Positions 50,415 to 64,000 of a stretch of 64,000 bases of DNA are shown here, piece after piece. Positions within the stretch are counted from its first letter, which is position 1; each line of letters starts with the position of its first letter. Below the pieces are notes generated by a model. The model saw nothing but the letters and a program-made list of their open reading frames with translations. It was not told the origin of the DNA and searched no databases. The translations under genes and the position numbers were made by a program. This DNA is from a phage: sequence record PZ452584.1; one strand, given 5' to 3'.

Positions 50415-53400
50415 CAGTAAAAGCACCTTCAGTCACTAGTCTCAGAATTTCCAAGTTATCCGCAAATCAGGTGCAAGTACGCTGGGATGACGTTGGTGCT
50501 AATTTCTACTATTTTGTAGAAATCGCTGAGACAAAAACAGACTCGGGGGAAAATCTCCCGAGTGATCAATATCGTTGGATTAATTTAGGGTATACAGCAA
50601 ATAATAGTTTCTTTTTTGATGATGCTGATCCACTGACATCATATGTTATTAGAGTAGCTACGGCGGCTCAAGATTTTGAGCAGTCTGACTGGATTTATAC
50701 CGAAGAGTTTGAAACTTTTGCTACGAATGCTTACACATTTCAAAATATGATTGAAATGCAATTAGCTAATAAATTCATTCAGGAAAAGTTCACTCTTAAT
50801 AATTCTGATTATGTTAATTTTAATAATGACACCATAATGGCTGCATTGATGAATGAATCATTTCAATTCAGCCCATCGTATGTTGATGTTTCATCAATAA
50901 GTAATTTTATTATTGGTGAAAATGAGTATCATGAAATACAAGGTTCTATTCAACAAGTATGTAAGGATATTAACCGAGTTTATTTGATGGAATCAGAAGG
51001 GATTCTATATCTTTTTGAGCGTTATCAACCTGTAGTTAAAGTATCCAATGATAAAGGACAAACTTGGAAAGCTGTAAAGCTCTTCAATGACCGCGTAGGA
51101 TATCCTTTATCTAAGACTGTATATTACCAATCTGCAAACACAACATACGTTCTAGGATACGACAAGATTTTCTATGGCCGTAAATCGACTGACGTTAGAT
51201 GGTCAGCTGATGATGTCAGATTTAGTTCACAGGATATAACATTCGCTAAACTTGGTGACCAATTGCATCTAGGATTTGATGTAGAAATTTTTGCCACTTA
51301 TGCGACTTTACCAGCGAATGTATACCGCATTGCAGAAGCTATTACTTGCACCGATGATTACATTTACGTTGTCGCCAGAGACAAAGTTAGATACATAAAA
51401 ACTAGTAATGCACCTATAGATTCTGATCCATTATCTCCAACATATTCGGAAAGACTTTTTGAACCTGATACAATGACTATAACTGGAAATCCTAAAGCAG
51501 TATGCTATAAAATGGATTCTATCGGTGATAAAGTTTTTGCTCTTATTATTGGTGAAGTTGAAACATTAAATGCTAATCCTAGAACATCAAAAATAATTGA
51601 TTCCGCTGATAAAGGAATATATGTTTTAAATCATGACGAAAAAACATGGAAAAGAGTTTTTGGTAATACCGAAGAAGAAAGAAGACGTATTCAACCCGGA
51701 TATGCGAATATGTCAACTGATGGTAAATTAGTTTCTCTGTCTTCGAGTAATTTTAAATTTTTAAGTGATAACGTTGTTAATGACCCTGAAACTGCTGTAA
51801 AATACCAGTTAATCGGTGCTGTTAAATATGAATTTCCTCGTGAATGGTTAGCTGATAAACATTATCATATGATGGCGTTTATAGCGGATGAAAAATCTGA
51901 TTGGGAAACTTTTACACCTCAGCCAATGAAATACTACGCAGAACCGTTCTTTAACTGGTCTAAAAAATCTAACACACGTTGTTGGATAAACAACTCTGAC
52001 AGAGCTGTAGTAGTTTATGCTGATTTAAAATACACTAAAGTTATAGAAAATATTCCGGAAACATCACCAGATAGATTAGTTCATGAATACTGGGATGATG
52101 GTGATTGCACTATAGTAATGCCAAATGTCAAATTCACTGGATTTAAAAAATACGCATCAGGAATGCTTTTTTATAAGTCTTCTGGTGAAATAATTTCTTA
52201 CTATGATTTTAACTATCGAGTGAGAGACACGGTTGAAATAATTTGGAAGCCAACTGGAATATTTTTAAAAGCATTTTTACAAAACCAAGAGCGTGAAACT
52301 CCTTGGTCCCCGGAAGAAGAGCATGGATTAGCTGATCCTGATTTAAGACCATTGATTGGCACAATGATGCCTGATTCTTATTTGCTACAGGATTCTAATT
52401 TTGAGGCATTCTGCGAAGCATATATTCAGTATCTTTCCGATGGATATGGAACTCAGTATAACAATTTACGAAATTTAATTCGTAACCAATATCCGCGAGA
52501 AGAGCACGCGTGGGAATATTTGTGGTCAGAGATATATAAAAGAAACATTTATTTAAATGCTGATAAACGTGATGCTGTTGCAAGATTTTTTGAATCACGT
52601 AGCTATGATTTTTATTCTACTAAAGGAATTGAAGCATCATACAAATTTCTTTTTAAAGTTCTTTATAATGAAGAAGTTGAAATTGAAATTGAATCTGGGG
52701 CTGGTACTGAATATGATATAATCGTTCAATCTGATTCTTTGACCGAAGACTTAGTAGGACAAACGATTTATACAGCTACAGGAAGATGTAATGTTACTTA
52801 TATAGAAAGAAGCTATTCTAATGGTAAATTGCAATGGACCGTAACTATTCATAATCTTTTGGGAAGATTAATTGCTGGTCAAGAAGTTAAAGCAGAAAGA
52901 CTCCCTAGTTTCGAAGGCGAAATTATTCGCGGGGTTAAAGGAAAGGATTTGCTTCAAAATAATATAGACTATATTAATAGAAGTAGATCATATTATGTAA
53001 TGAAAATTAAATCCAATTTACCTTCTTCCCGCTGGAAATCTGACGTTATTCGTTTTGTTCATCCAGTAGGATTTGGATTTATAGCAATTACCCTTTTAAC
53101 AATGTTTATTAATGTTGGTTTAACTCTTAAACATACAGAGACTATAATTAATAAATACAAAAACTATAAATGGGATTCTGGATTACCTACTGAATATGCT
53201 GATAGAGTAGCTAAATTAACTCCAACCGGTGAAATTGAGCATGATTTAGTAACAGGCGAAGCAATTTATGAACCTGGCCCAATGGCTGGTGTAAAATATC
53301 CTCTTCCTGATGACTATAATGCTGAAAATAATAATTCAATATTTCAAGGTCAATTGCCATCTGAACGACGTAAATTAATGAGTCCTCTATTTGATGCATC

Positions 53401-53509
53401 TGGAACAACATTTGCACAATTTAGGGATTTAGTTAATAAACGTCTAAAAGATAATATAGGAAATCCAAGAGACCCTGAAAATCCAACACAGGTTAAAATA
53501 GATGAATGA
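50411..53509 (+). CDS. 7: Baseplate wedge protein gp7
   Basis: 1032 aa, order and size as T4. Confidence 0.9.
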   Translation: MTVKAPSVTSLRISKLSANQVQVRWDDVGANFYYFVEIAETKTDSGENLPSDQYRWINLGYTANNSFFFDDADPLTSYVIRVATAAQDFEQSDWIYTEEFETFATNAYTFQNMIEMQLANKFIQEKFTLNNSDYVNFNNDTIMAALMNESFQFSPSYVDVSSISNFIIGENEYHEIQGSIQQVCKDINRVYLMESEGILYLFERYQPVVKVSNDKGQTWKAVKLFNDRVGYPLSKTVYYQSANTTYVLGYDKIFYGRKSTDVRWSADDVRFSSQDITFAKLGDQLHLGFDVEIFATYATLPANVYRIAEAITCTDDYIYVVARDKVRYIKTSNAPIDSDPLSPTYSERLFEPDTMTITGNPKAVCYKMDSIGDKVFALIIGEVETLNANPRTSKIIDSADKGIYVLNHDEKTWKRVFGNTEEERRRIQPGYANMSTDGKLVSLSSSNFKFLSDNVVNDPETAVKYQLIGAVKYEFPREWLADKHYHMMAFIADEKSDWETFTPQPMKYYAEPFFNWSKKSNTRCWINNSDRAVVVYADLKYTKVIENIPETSPDRLVHEYWDDGDCTIVMPNVKFTGFKKYASGMLFYKSSGEIISYYDFNYRVRDTVEIIWKPTGIFLKAFLQNQERETPWSPEEEHGLADPDLRPLIGTMMPDSYLLQDSNFEAFCEAYIQYLSDGYGTQYNNLRNLIRNQYPREEHAWEYLWSEIYKRNIYLNADKRDAVARFFESRSYDFYSTKGIEASYKFLFKVLYNEEVEIEIESGAGTEYDIIVQSDSLTEDLVGQTIYTATGRCNVTYIERSYSNGKLQWTVTIHNLLGRLIAGQEVKAERLPSFEGEIIRGVKGKDLLQNNIDYINRSRSYYVMKIKSNLPSSRWKSDVIRFVHPVGFGFIAITLLTMFINVGLTLKHTETIINKYKNYKWDSGLPTEYADRVAKLTPTGEIEHDLVTGEAIYEPGPMAGVKYPLPDDYNAENNNSIFQGQLPSERRKLMSPLFDASGTTFAQFRDLVNKRLKDNIGNPRDPENPTQVKIDE

Positions 53510-54506
53510 TTCAAGTGTTATCTATCGTGCGATAGTTACTTCAAAATTTAGAACAGAAAAAATGTTGAATTTTTATAATTCAATTGGAAGTGGTCCGGAT
53601 AAAAACACTATCTTTATCACATTTGGAAGATCAGAACCGTGGTCATCAAATGAAAATGAGGTGGGCTTTGCCCCACCTTATCCAACCGATTCCGTATTAG
53701 GCGTAACTGACATGTGGACGCATATGATGGGAACAGTAAAAGTTCTTCCATCAATGCTTGATGCTGTTATTCCTCGCAGAGATTGGGGAGATACTAGATA
53801 TCCGGATCCATACACATTTAGAATTAATGATATTGTAGTGTGTAACTCAGCTCCTTACAACGCTACTGAATCAGGCGCAGGCTGGTTAGTATATCGTTGT
53901 TTAGATGTTCCTGATACCGGAATGTGCTCAATAGCATCTTTAACTGATAAGGATGAATGTCTTAAATTAGGCGGAAAATGGACACCTTCTGTTAGGTCAA
54001 TGACTCCTCCTGAAGGTCGAGGAGATGCTGAAGGAACAATTGAACCTGGGGATGGGTATGTATGGGAATATCTTTTTGAGATTCCGCCTGATGTATCTAT
54101 AAATAGATGCACGAATGAATATATCGTGGTTCCTTGGCCTGAGGAATTAAAAGAAGACCCGACTAGATGGGGATATGAAGATAATCTCACTTGGCAACAA
54201 GATGATTTTGGATTAATTTACCGTGTTAAGGCAAATACTATCCGTTTTAAAGCATATTTAGATTCAGTTTATTTTCCTGAAGCTGCATTGCCAGGAAATA
54301 AAGGATTTAGACAAATATCAATAATCACGAATCCTCTTGAAGCTAAAGTTCATCCAAATGACCCAAACGTTAAAGCTGAAAAGGATTATTATGACCCAGA
54401 AGATTTAATGAGGCATTCGGGCGAAATGATTTATATGGAAAATAGGCCACCTATTATTATGGCAATGGATCAAACAGAAGAAATCAATATTCTGTTTACA
54501 TTTTAA
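53502..54506 (+). CDS. 8: Baseplate wedge protein gp8
   Basis: 334 aa, order and size as T4. Confidence 0.9.
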   Translation: MNDSSVIYRAIVTSKFRTEKMLNFYNSIGSGPDKNTIFITFGRSEPWSSNENEVGFAPPYPTDSVLGVTDMWTHMMGTVKVLPSMLDAVIPRRDWGDTRYPDPYTFRINDIVVCNSAPYNATESGAGWLVYRCLDVPDTGMCSIASLTDKDECLKLGGKWTPSVRSMTPPEGRGDAEGTIEPGDGYVWEYLFEIPPDVSINRCTNEYIVVPWPEELKEDPTRWGYEDNLTWQQDDFGLIYRVKANTIRFKAYLDSVYFPEAALPGNKGFRQISIITNPLEAKVHPNDPNVKAEKDYYDPEDLMRHSGEMIYMENRPPIIMAMDQTEEINILFTF

Positions 54507-54510
54507 ATTA

Positions 54511-54537
54511 AGGGAGCCCATGGGCTCCCTTTTTTCT
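54511..54537 (+). terminator. Stem-loop terminator after gene 8
   Basis: agggagcccatgggctccct followed by tttttc. Confidence 0.6.
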
Positions 54538-54538
54538 T

Positions 54539-54546
54539 TATAAATA
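54539..54546 (+). promoter_or_regulatory. Late promoter TATAAATA for gene 9
   Basis: Exact tataaata 25 nt upstream of the gene 9 ATG. Confidence 0.6.
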
Positions 54547-54570
54547 TTATAAACTCATAAGGAAACCGCT

Positions 54571-55437
54571 ATGTTCATTCAAGAACCAAAGAAATTGATT
54601 GATACCGGCGAAATTGGTAACGCTTCTACTGGTGATATCTTATTCGACGGTGGTAATAAAATTAATAGTGATTTTAACGCAATTTATAATGCGTTTGGCG
54701 ATCAGCGTAAAATGGCAGTAGCAAATGGCACCGGAGCTGATGGTCAAATTATCCATGCTACTGGATATTATCAAAAACACTCTATTGCTGAGTATGCAAC
54801 TCCAGTAAAAGTTGGCACTAGACATGATATTGATACCTCTACTGTAGGTGTTAAAGTTATCATTGAAAGAGGAGAACTTGGCGATTGTGTTGAATTCATT
54901 AACTCTAATGGATCAATATCAGTTACTAATCCTTTAACGATTCAGGCTATTGATTCAATTAAAGGTGTTTCGGGTAATTTGGTAGTAACTAGCCCATATA
55001 GTAAAGTAACTTTGCGCTGTATTTCATCTGATAATTCTACGTCAGTTTGGAATTATTCTATTGAAAGTATGTTTGGCCAAAAGGAATCACCGGCCGAAGG
55101 TACATGGAATATTTCTACATCTGGATCAGTTGATATTCCACTATTTCATCGTACTGAATACAATATGGCTAAATTGCTAGTTACTTGTCAATCGGTAGAT
55201 GGAAGAAAAATTAAAACAGCAGAAATAAATATTCTTGTAGATACTGTTAATTCAACGGTCATTTCTTCTGAATATGCTGTCATGCGGGTTGGGAATGAAA
55301 CTGAAGAAGACGAAATCGCTAATATTGCATTTAGTATTAAAGAAAATTATGTAACGGCGACTATAAGTTCTTCAACTGTCGGTATGAGAGCAGCAGTTAA
55401 AGTTATCGCTACGCAGAAAATCGGGGTGGCTCAATAA
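54571..55437 (+). CDS. 9: Baseplate protein gp9 (long-tail-fibre socket)
   Basis: 288 aa, order and size as T4. Confidence 0.9.
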   Translation: MFIQEPKKLIDTGEIGNASTGDILFDGGNKINSDFNAIYNAFGDQRKMAVANGTGADGQIIHATGYYQKHSIAEYATPVKVGTRHDIDTSTVGVKVIIERGELGDCVEFINSNGSISVTNPLTIQAIDSIKGVSGNLVVTSPYSKVTLRCISSDNSTSVWNYSIESMFGQKESPAEGTWNISTSGSVDIPLFHRTEYNMAKLLVTCQSVDGRKIKTAEINILVDTVNSTVISSEYAVMRVGNETEEDEIANIAFSIKENYVTATISSSTVGMRAAVKVIATQKIGVAQ

Positions 55438-57242
55438 TGAAACAAAATATTAATATCGGTAATGTTGTTGATGATGGTACCGGTGACTACCTGCGTAAAG
55501 GTGGTATAAAAATAAATGAAAACTTTGATGAGCTTTATTACGAGCTTGGTGACGGTGATGTTCCATATTCAGCTGGTGCCTGGAAAACTTATAATGCTTC
55601 ATCAGGACAAACATTAACAGCAGAATGGGGAAAATCATATGCCATTAACACTTCATCTGGAAGAGTAACTCTACAACTTCCTAAAGGAACCGTTAATGAT
55701 TATAATAAAGTAATTAAAGCTAGGGATGTATTTGCAACATGGAATGTTAATCCAGTTACTCTAGTAGCCGCTTCTGGTGATACTATTAAAGGATCATCGT
55801 CATCAGTTGAAATTAATGTTCAATTTAGCGATTTAGAATTAGTTTATTGTGCTCCAGGACGTTGGGAATATGTCAAAAACAAACAAATTGACAAAATTAT
55901 TAGTTCAGATATTAGTAATGTAGCACGTAAAGAATTTTTAGTCGAAGTTCAAGGACAAACAGACTTTTTAGATGTTTTCCGTGGAACTAGCTATAATGTT
56001 AATAACATCCGAGTAAAACACCGCGGTAATGAATTATATTATGGCGATGTATTTAGTGAAAACAGTGACTTTGGCTCTCCTGGGGAAAATGAAGGAGAAT
56101 TGATTCCTCTTGATGGATTTAATATTAGGTTAAGACAGCCTTGTAATATTGGTGACACTGTTCAAATTGAAACATTTATGGATGGTGTATCACAATGGAG
56201 AAGTTCATATACAAGACGCCAAATAAAGGTATTAGATTCAAAATTAACGTCAAAAACTTCTTTAGAAGGAAGTATTTACGTTACTGATTTATCAACAATG
56301 AAATCAATTCCATTCTCTGCATTTGGATTAATTCCTGGAGAACCTATTAATCCTAATTCTCTTGAAGTTCGTTTTAATGGAATTTTACAACAACAAGCTG
56401 GAACAGCCGGATATCCTCTGTTTTTGTGTGAAGGTGCTAATTCAGATACGCAAGCAGGATGTATATCTCTTGGTGGTGAATGGAAAGAATCGAATACAGA
56501 TTATTCTATAGAATATGAAGATGGAAAACCTGTCAGTCTTTTATTTGATAGAAAATTTGAATCCGGCGATATAATCGTTATAACATGGTTCAATAATGAT
56601 TTAGGAACTCTTTTAGAAAAAGATGACATTATTGAATTAACTGATGACCGTTATGTTAGTAAAGGATCATCTACTGAAGTTACTGGTGATGTAGCCTTAA
56701 CAGATTTTGATAAAATCGGTTGGCCAAATGTTGAAAAAGTTGATTCTTATACTAGAACGTATAATTCAATATCATCTATTTTCGACAGCATTTATCCTGT
56801 TGGTTCAATTTATGAAAATGCTATAAACCCAAATAATCCGGTGACTTATATGGGATTTGGTTCATGGAAATTATTTGGTAAAGGACAAGTTTTAGTAGGA
56901 TGGAATGATGATGTTACAGATCCAAACTTTGCATTAAACAATAATGATTTAGATTCTAGCGGAAATCCTTCACATACCGCCGGTGGAACAGTTGGTACAA
57001 CATCAGTAACGCTTGAAAACGCAAATCTTCCTGCGACTAAAACTGATGAAAGAGTTTTAATTGAAGATGAAAATGGATCGGTTATTATTGGAGGTTGCCA
57101 ATATGACCCAGATGAAACTGGTCCTATATATACAAAATATCGTGAAGACTACGCAACAACAAACTCTTCACATACTCCTCCTGCTAATATTAGTAATATT
57201 CAACCGTCTATTACTGTATACCGTTGGATAAGGATTGCATAA
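55437..57242 (+). CDS. 10: Baseplate wedge / short-tail-fibre attachment protein gp10
   Basis: 601 aa, order and size as T4. Confidence 0.9.
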   Translation: MKQNINIGNVVDDGTGDYLRKGGIKINENFDELYYELGDGDVPYSAGAWKTYNASSGQTLTAEWGKSYAINTSSGRVTLQLPKGTVNDYNKVIKARDVFATWNVNPVTLVAASGDTIKGSSSSVEINVQFSDLELVYCAPGRWEYVKNKQIDKIISSDISNVARKEFLVEVQGQTDFLDVFRGTSYNVNNIRVKHRGNELYYGDVFSENSDFGSPGENEGELIPLDGFNIRLRQPCNIGDTVQIETFMDGVSQWRSSYTRRQIKVLDSKLTSKTSLEGSIYVTDLSTMKSIPFSAFGLIPGEPINPNSLEVRFNGILQQQAGTAGYPLFLCEGANSDTQAGCISLGGEWKESNTDYSIEYEDGKPVSLLFDRKFESGDIIVITWFNNDLGTLLEKDDIIELTDDRYVSKGSSTEVTGDVALTDFDKIGWPNVEKVDSYTRTYNSISSIFDSIYPVGSIYENAINPNNPVTYMGFGSWKLFGKGQVLVGWNDDVTDPNFALNNNDLDSSGNPSHTAGGTVGTTSVTLENANLPATKTDERVLIEDENGSVIIGGCQYDPDETGPIYTKYREDYATTNSSHTPPANISNIQPSITVYRWIRIA

Positions 57243-57901
57243 TGAGTTTACTTAATAATAAAGCGGGAGTTATTTCCCGCTTAGCAGATTTTCTTGGTTT
57301 TAGAACTAAGAAAAATGATATTTCGGTTATGAATAATCAGCCAGTAGGTGCTGTAACAATTTCACAAATAGCAAAAGGTTTTTATGACCCAAATGTAGAA
57401 TCTGCTATTAATGATGTTAGAAATATGGCAGAGCAACAGGTTGGAGCTGTATTAGTTAATATAAGCGGCGTATCTCCTACTGGAGTGCAACAAACAGACT
57501 ACTGGTCATTTGAAGGAACTGTCAATGATACTTCAGCCAAACCAGGTGACACAGTTATTGTTAACATGTTTGGTATTCCAGTTAAAGCTACTAATGGAAT
57601 GACTTCAATCGAATTTACCAGTGCCGTTAGAACAGCTCTGCAGGAAATGGTTGCAAAATTTATTGCAATTGATTCATTTGAAGACCATCCTACCATAGGA
57701 AATAAAATACAAGTTAAGTATTTAGATAACCAAGAACATATCTTAGAACAATACTCTGATAAAGGAATTACTTTCAAACAAGAAATAATTTCTCCTTCTA
57801 AACCCGGATACGGAACTTGGCAATTATTAGGTGCGCAAACTGTTACGCTAGATAGTCACACACAACCTACGGTATTTTATTATTTTGAGAGAATAGCATG
57901 A
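57242..57901 (+). CDS. 11: Baseplate wedge protein gp11
   Basis: [20 protein letters not shown]...; start set at the Met giving 219 aa. Confidence 0.9.
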   Translation: MSLLNNKAGVISRLADFLGFRTKKNDISVMNNQPVGAVTISQIAKGFYDPNVESAINDVRNMAEQQVGAVLVNISGVSPTGVQQTDYWSFEGTVNDTSAKPGDTVIVNMFGIPVKATNGMTSIEFTSAVRTALQEMVAKFIAIDSFEDHPTIGNKIQVKYLDNQEHILEQYSDKGITFKQEIISPSKPGYGTWQLLGAQTVTLDSHTQPTVFYYFERIA

Positions 57902-59454
57902 GTAACAATACATATCAGCACGTATCAAATGAATCAAAATATGTTAAATTCGATCCTACTGGATCGAATTTTCCTGACACTGTCACGACAGTGCAGTCTG
58001 CATTATCAAAAATAAGTAATATCGGCGTAAATGGTATTCCTGATGCAACTATGGAAGTTAAAGGAATAGCAATGATTGCGTCAGAGCAAGAGGTTTTAGA
58101 TGGAACTAATAATTCTAAAATCGTTACACCAGCTACATTAGCAACAAGATTATTGTATCCAAATGCTACTGAAACTAAGTATGGTTTAACGCGCTATTCA
58201 ACAAATGAAGAAACATTAGAAGGCTCAGATAATAATTCATCAATAACGCCGCAAAAACTGAAATACCATACTGATGATGTGTTCCAAAATAGATATTCGT
58301 CTGAGTCATCAAACGGGGTTATTAAAATATCATCTACGCCTGCAGCTTTGGCTGGTGTCGATGATACTACGGCGATGACTCCGCTGAAAACCCAAAAACT
58401 TGCAATAAAATTAATTTCACAAATAGCTCCTTCAGAAGACACTGCAACAGAATCTGTGAGAGGAGTAGTTCAATTATCTACTGTTGCACAAACTCGTCAA
58501 GGAACTCTCCGTGAAGGATATGCAATTTCCCCGTATACCTTTATGAATTCTGTTGCAACACAAGAATATAAGGGTGTTATACGTCTAGGAACACAAGCAG
58601 AAATTAATAATAATTTGGGGGATGTTGCAGTAACAGGTGAAACACTAAATGGTCGAGGAGCTACCGGTTCTATGCGTGGGGTAGTAAAATTAACGACGCA
58701 AGCCGGTATTGCCCCTGAAGGTGATAGCTCTGGAGCATTAGCATGGAACGCAGATGTAATTAATACTCGCGGTGGACAAACTATTAATGGTTCTTTAAAT
58801 TTAGATCATTTAACAGCAAATGGAATTTGGTCACGCGGCGGAATGTGGAAAAATGGCGATCAACCTGTTGCCACTGAAAGATATGCGTCCGAAAGGGTTC
58901 CAGTTGGAACTATTATGATGTTTGCTGGAGATTCAGCTCCTCCTGGTTGGATTATGTGCCATGGTGGAACTGTGTCAGGAGATCAATATCCTGATTATAG
59001 AAACACAGTTGGAACGAGATTTGGTGGCGATTGGAATAATCCTGGCATTCCTGATATGCGAGGTCTTTTCGTCAGAGGAGCGGGCACCGGCGGTCATATT
59101 TTAAATCAACGAGGGCAAGATGGTTACGGGAAGGATAGACTTGGTGTAGGATGTGACGGAATGCATGTTGGCGGTGTTCAAGCACAACAAATATCATACC
59201 ATAAACATGCTGGTGCCTGGGGGGAAAATGGAAATAACAGAGGTTATGCACCGTTTGGCGCATCTAATGGCAATGGATATTTGGGCAATGGTAAAAGCGC
59301 CGACTGGGACAACCATTTGTTCTTTACTAACGACGGATTTGAAATGGGTGGTGCTCGTGACTCGTTCGGCACGTTAAATCGCGAAGGATTAATTGGTTAT
59401 GAAACTAGACCATGGAATATATCATTAAACTATATTATTAAAATTCATTACTAA
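57898..59454 (+). CDS. 12: Short tail fibre protein gp12
   Basis: 518 aa [21 protein letters not shown]...; C-terminal ...[15 protein letters not shown]. Confidence 0.9.
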   Translation: MSNNTYQHVSNESKYVKFDPTGSNFPDTVTTVQSALSKISNIGVNGIPDATMEVKGIAMIASEQEVLDGTNNSKIVTPATLATRLLYPNATETKYGLTRYSTNEETLEGSDNNSSITPQKLKYHTDDVFQNRYSSESSNGVIKISSTPAALAGVDDTTAMTPLKTQKLAIKLISQIAPSEDTATESVRGVVQLSTVAQTRQGTLREGYAISPYTFMNSVATQEYKGVIRLGTQAEINNNLGDVAVTGETLNGRGATGSMRGVVKLTTQAGIAPEGDSSGALAWNADVINTRGGQTINGSLNLDHLTANGIWSRGGMWKNGDQPVATERYASERVPVGTIMMFAGDSAPPGWIMCHGGTVSGDQYPDYRNTVGTRFGGDWNNPGIPDMRGLFVRGAGTGGHILNQRGQDGYGKDRLGVGCDGMHVGGVQAQQISYHKHAGAWGENGNNRGYAPFGASNGNGYLGNGKSADWDNHLFFTNDGFEMGGARDSFGTLNREGLIGYETRPWNISLNYIIKIHY

Positions 59455-59463
59455 GGATTACAA

Positions 59464-60921
59464 ATGATTGAATTAAAAGATTTACCTTTTGTTGATAGCG
59501 TTCCTGGCGAAGGTCAGGAACGTATTTCATGGATTAAAAATGGTGAAGAAATACTAGGAGCTAGTACTAAGTATGGAAACGATGGATCAATGAATAGACC
59601 AACTGTTTCCGTGTTTAAAAACGTCGAAGTTCTTGATGAAAATGTGGGAATTCTTAAAACTGCTGTTGAAACATCACAGGAAGATATTAAAACAATTCAA
59701 GGCATTTTAGATGTATCAGGAGATATAGAAGCACTATCGCAGATCAGCGTTAATAAAAATGATATATCAAATTTAAAGACACTCACAAATGAACATACTG
59801 ATATATTAAATGGTACAAATACCACAGTTGATAATATTCTTTCTGATATTGGTCCATTTAATTCGCAAGCAAATTCAGTTTATAGAACGATTAGAAATGA
59901 TTTGTTATGGATTAAAAGGGAATTAGGACAATATGCTGGGCAAGATATTAATGGTCTTCCTGTTGTAGGAAATAGCAGCACGGGGATGAAGCACCGTATC
60001 ATTAATAATACAGATGCTATAACTTCCCAAGGAATACGTCTAAGTGATTTGGAAGAAAAATTTATTGAATCTGATGTAGGTTCGCTTACAATCGAAGTAG
60101 GAAATCTTAGACAGGAATTAGGGCAAAGACCACCTTCATTTAGTGAAAGCATATATTCACGTGTGCATAATTTAGATCAATCTCAAATTAATCTTAGTTC
60201 CGAAATTAAATCTATCAAAACTTCTATTGGATATCCAGGAAATACTTCAATAATCACAGATGTTAACACTAATACCCAAGAAATTTCAGCTTTAAATGAT
60301 GAACTAAATAAAAGCGGAGGTATTAAACAGCGATTGACTGTCATTGAAACATCAATTGGCTCAGATGATATTCCTTCTAGTATTAAAGGTCGAATTAAAG
60401 ATAATACAACATCTATTGAGTTTTTAAATGGAATTGTTGGTGAAAACACTTCATCTGGACTACGAGCAAATGTTTCATGGCTAAACCAAATCGTTGGAAC
60501 TGATTCTAGCGGAGGTCAACCTTCTCCTCCGGGGTCTCTTTTAAATAGAGTTTCAACTGTTGAAACCTCTGTTAATAGACTTAACAATGATGTTCAAAAC
60601 TTACAAGTTGAAATTGGTAATAACAATTCTGGAATTAAAGGACAAGTTGTAGCATTAAATAAATTAGTAAATGGAACAAATCCAAATGGTTCAACTGTCG
60701 AAGAACGCGGATTGACTAATTCAATAAAAGCTAATGAGACTAACATTGCTTCAATTAATCAAGAGATTCGTAGCATTAAAAGCGATGTATCTTCATTACA
60801 AAGGGATGTCCAGACTTTACAGGAAGCCGGTTATATTCCTGAAGCACCAAGAGATGGGCAAGCTTACGTTCGTAAAGACGGCGAATGGGTATTGCTTTCT
60901 ACCTTTTTATCACCAGCATAA
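59464..60921 (+). CDS. wac: Fibritin (whisker antigen control protein)
   Basis: 485 aa, long coiled-coil body, C-terminal foldon [27 protein letters not shown]. Confidence 0.9.
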   Translation: MIELKDLPFVDSVPGEGQERISWIKNGEEILGASTKYGNDGSMNRPTVSVFKNVEVLDENVGILKTAVETSQEDIKTIQGILDVSGDIEALSQISVNKNDISNLKTLTNEHTDILNGTNTTVDNILSDIGPFNSQANSVYRTIRNDLLWIKRELGQYAGQDINGLPVVGNSSTGMKHRIINNTDAITSQGIRLSDLEEKFIESDVGSLTIEVGNLRQELGQRPPSFSESIYSRVHNLDQSQINLSSEIKSIKTSIGYPGNTSIITDVNTNTQEISALNDELNKSGGIKQRLTVIETSIGSDDIPSSIKGRIKDNTTSIEFLNGIVGENTSSGLRANVSWLNQIVGTDSSGGQPSPPGSLLNRVSTVETSVNRLNNDVQNLQVEIGNNNSGIKGQVVALNKLVNGTNPNGSTVEERGLTNSIKANETNIASINQEIRSIKSDVSSLQRDVQTLQEAGYIPEAPRDGQAYVRKDGEWVLLSTFLSPA

Positions 60922-60924
60922 CAT

Positions 60925-60940
60925 GGGGCCGCAAGGCCCC
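60925..60940 (+). terminator. Stem-loop between wac and gene 13 (weak T-run; terminator or RNA-stabilising hairpin)
   Basis: ggggccgcaaggcccc. Confidence 0.4.
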
Positions 60941-60952
60941 AAAGGATTTTAA

Positions 60953-62654
<1,702 letters not shown>

Positions 62655-62695
62655 TAAATATTATAAACTAATTAAAGCCCAGATTAGGAGAAATC

Positions 62696-64000
<1,305 letters not shown>

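Noticed and set aside
46481-60449. Minus-strand ORFs nested in late genes (46481-46681, 48139-48357, 52395-52598, 53211-53417, 53855-54190, 54640-54825, 55450-55638, 57499-57777, 58194-58442, 59072-59263, 59880-60449)
   Set aside because: All are antisense to long, well-supported structural genes; typical spurious ORFs.

Overview
This 64-kb window reads as one contiguous piece of a T4-type (Tequatrovirus-like) myophage genome, colinear with the T4 map from gene 46 to the start of gene 16. Positions 1-45251 are early/middle and a few late genes on the minus strand: 46 (partial), 47, agt, 55, nrdH, nrdG, nrdD (intronless), 49, nrdC, a long block of small ORFs, rI, tk, regB, denV, ipII, ipIII, e, nudE, a tRNA cluster split by segB, the ipI locus, 57B, 57A, 1, 3, 2 and 4. 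Positions 45299-64000 are the plus-strand late baseplate/tail-fibre module: 53, 5, 5.1, 5.4, 6-12, wac, 13-15 and the start of 16. Protein identities were recognised from the supplied translations; they are close to but not identical with T4, so this is a relative rather than T4 itself. Things that stand out: (1) two paralogous HNH homing-endonuclease ORFs, each beginning with a diverged copy of the 5' coding end of the gene immediately downstream (nrdG, gene 46); (2) repeated early-promoter plus stem-loop units (PeSL-like) that bracket single-gene cassettes, one encoding a small protein with an R...S...ExE-FLLP motif pattern reminiscent of ADP-ribosyltransferases; (3) two extra internal-protein-like genes with capsid-targeting leaders (MKTYAEFLTE, MKTFKEF...ITE) besides ipII and ipIII; (4) a macro-domain-like ORF near tk; (5) two genes (GrcA-like, GIY-YIG endonuclease) whose frames break at short homopolymer runs, which may be true pseudogenes or homopolymer sequencing errors. 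No CRISPR array, integrase or host DNA was seen. All functional calls rest on motif recognition by eye; nothing was searched against a database.
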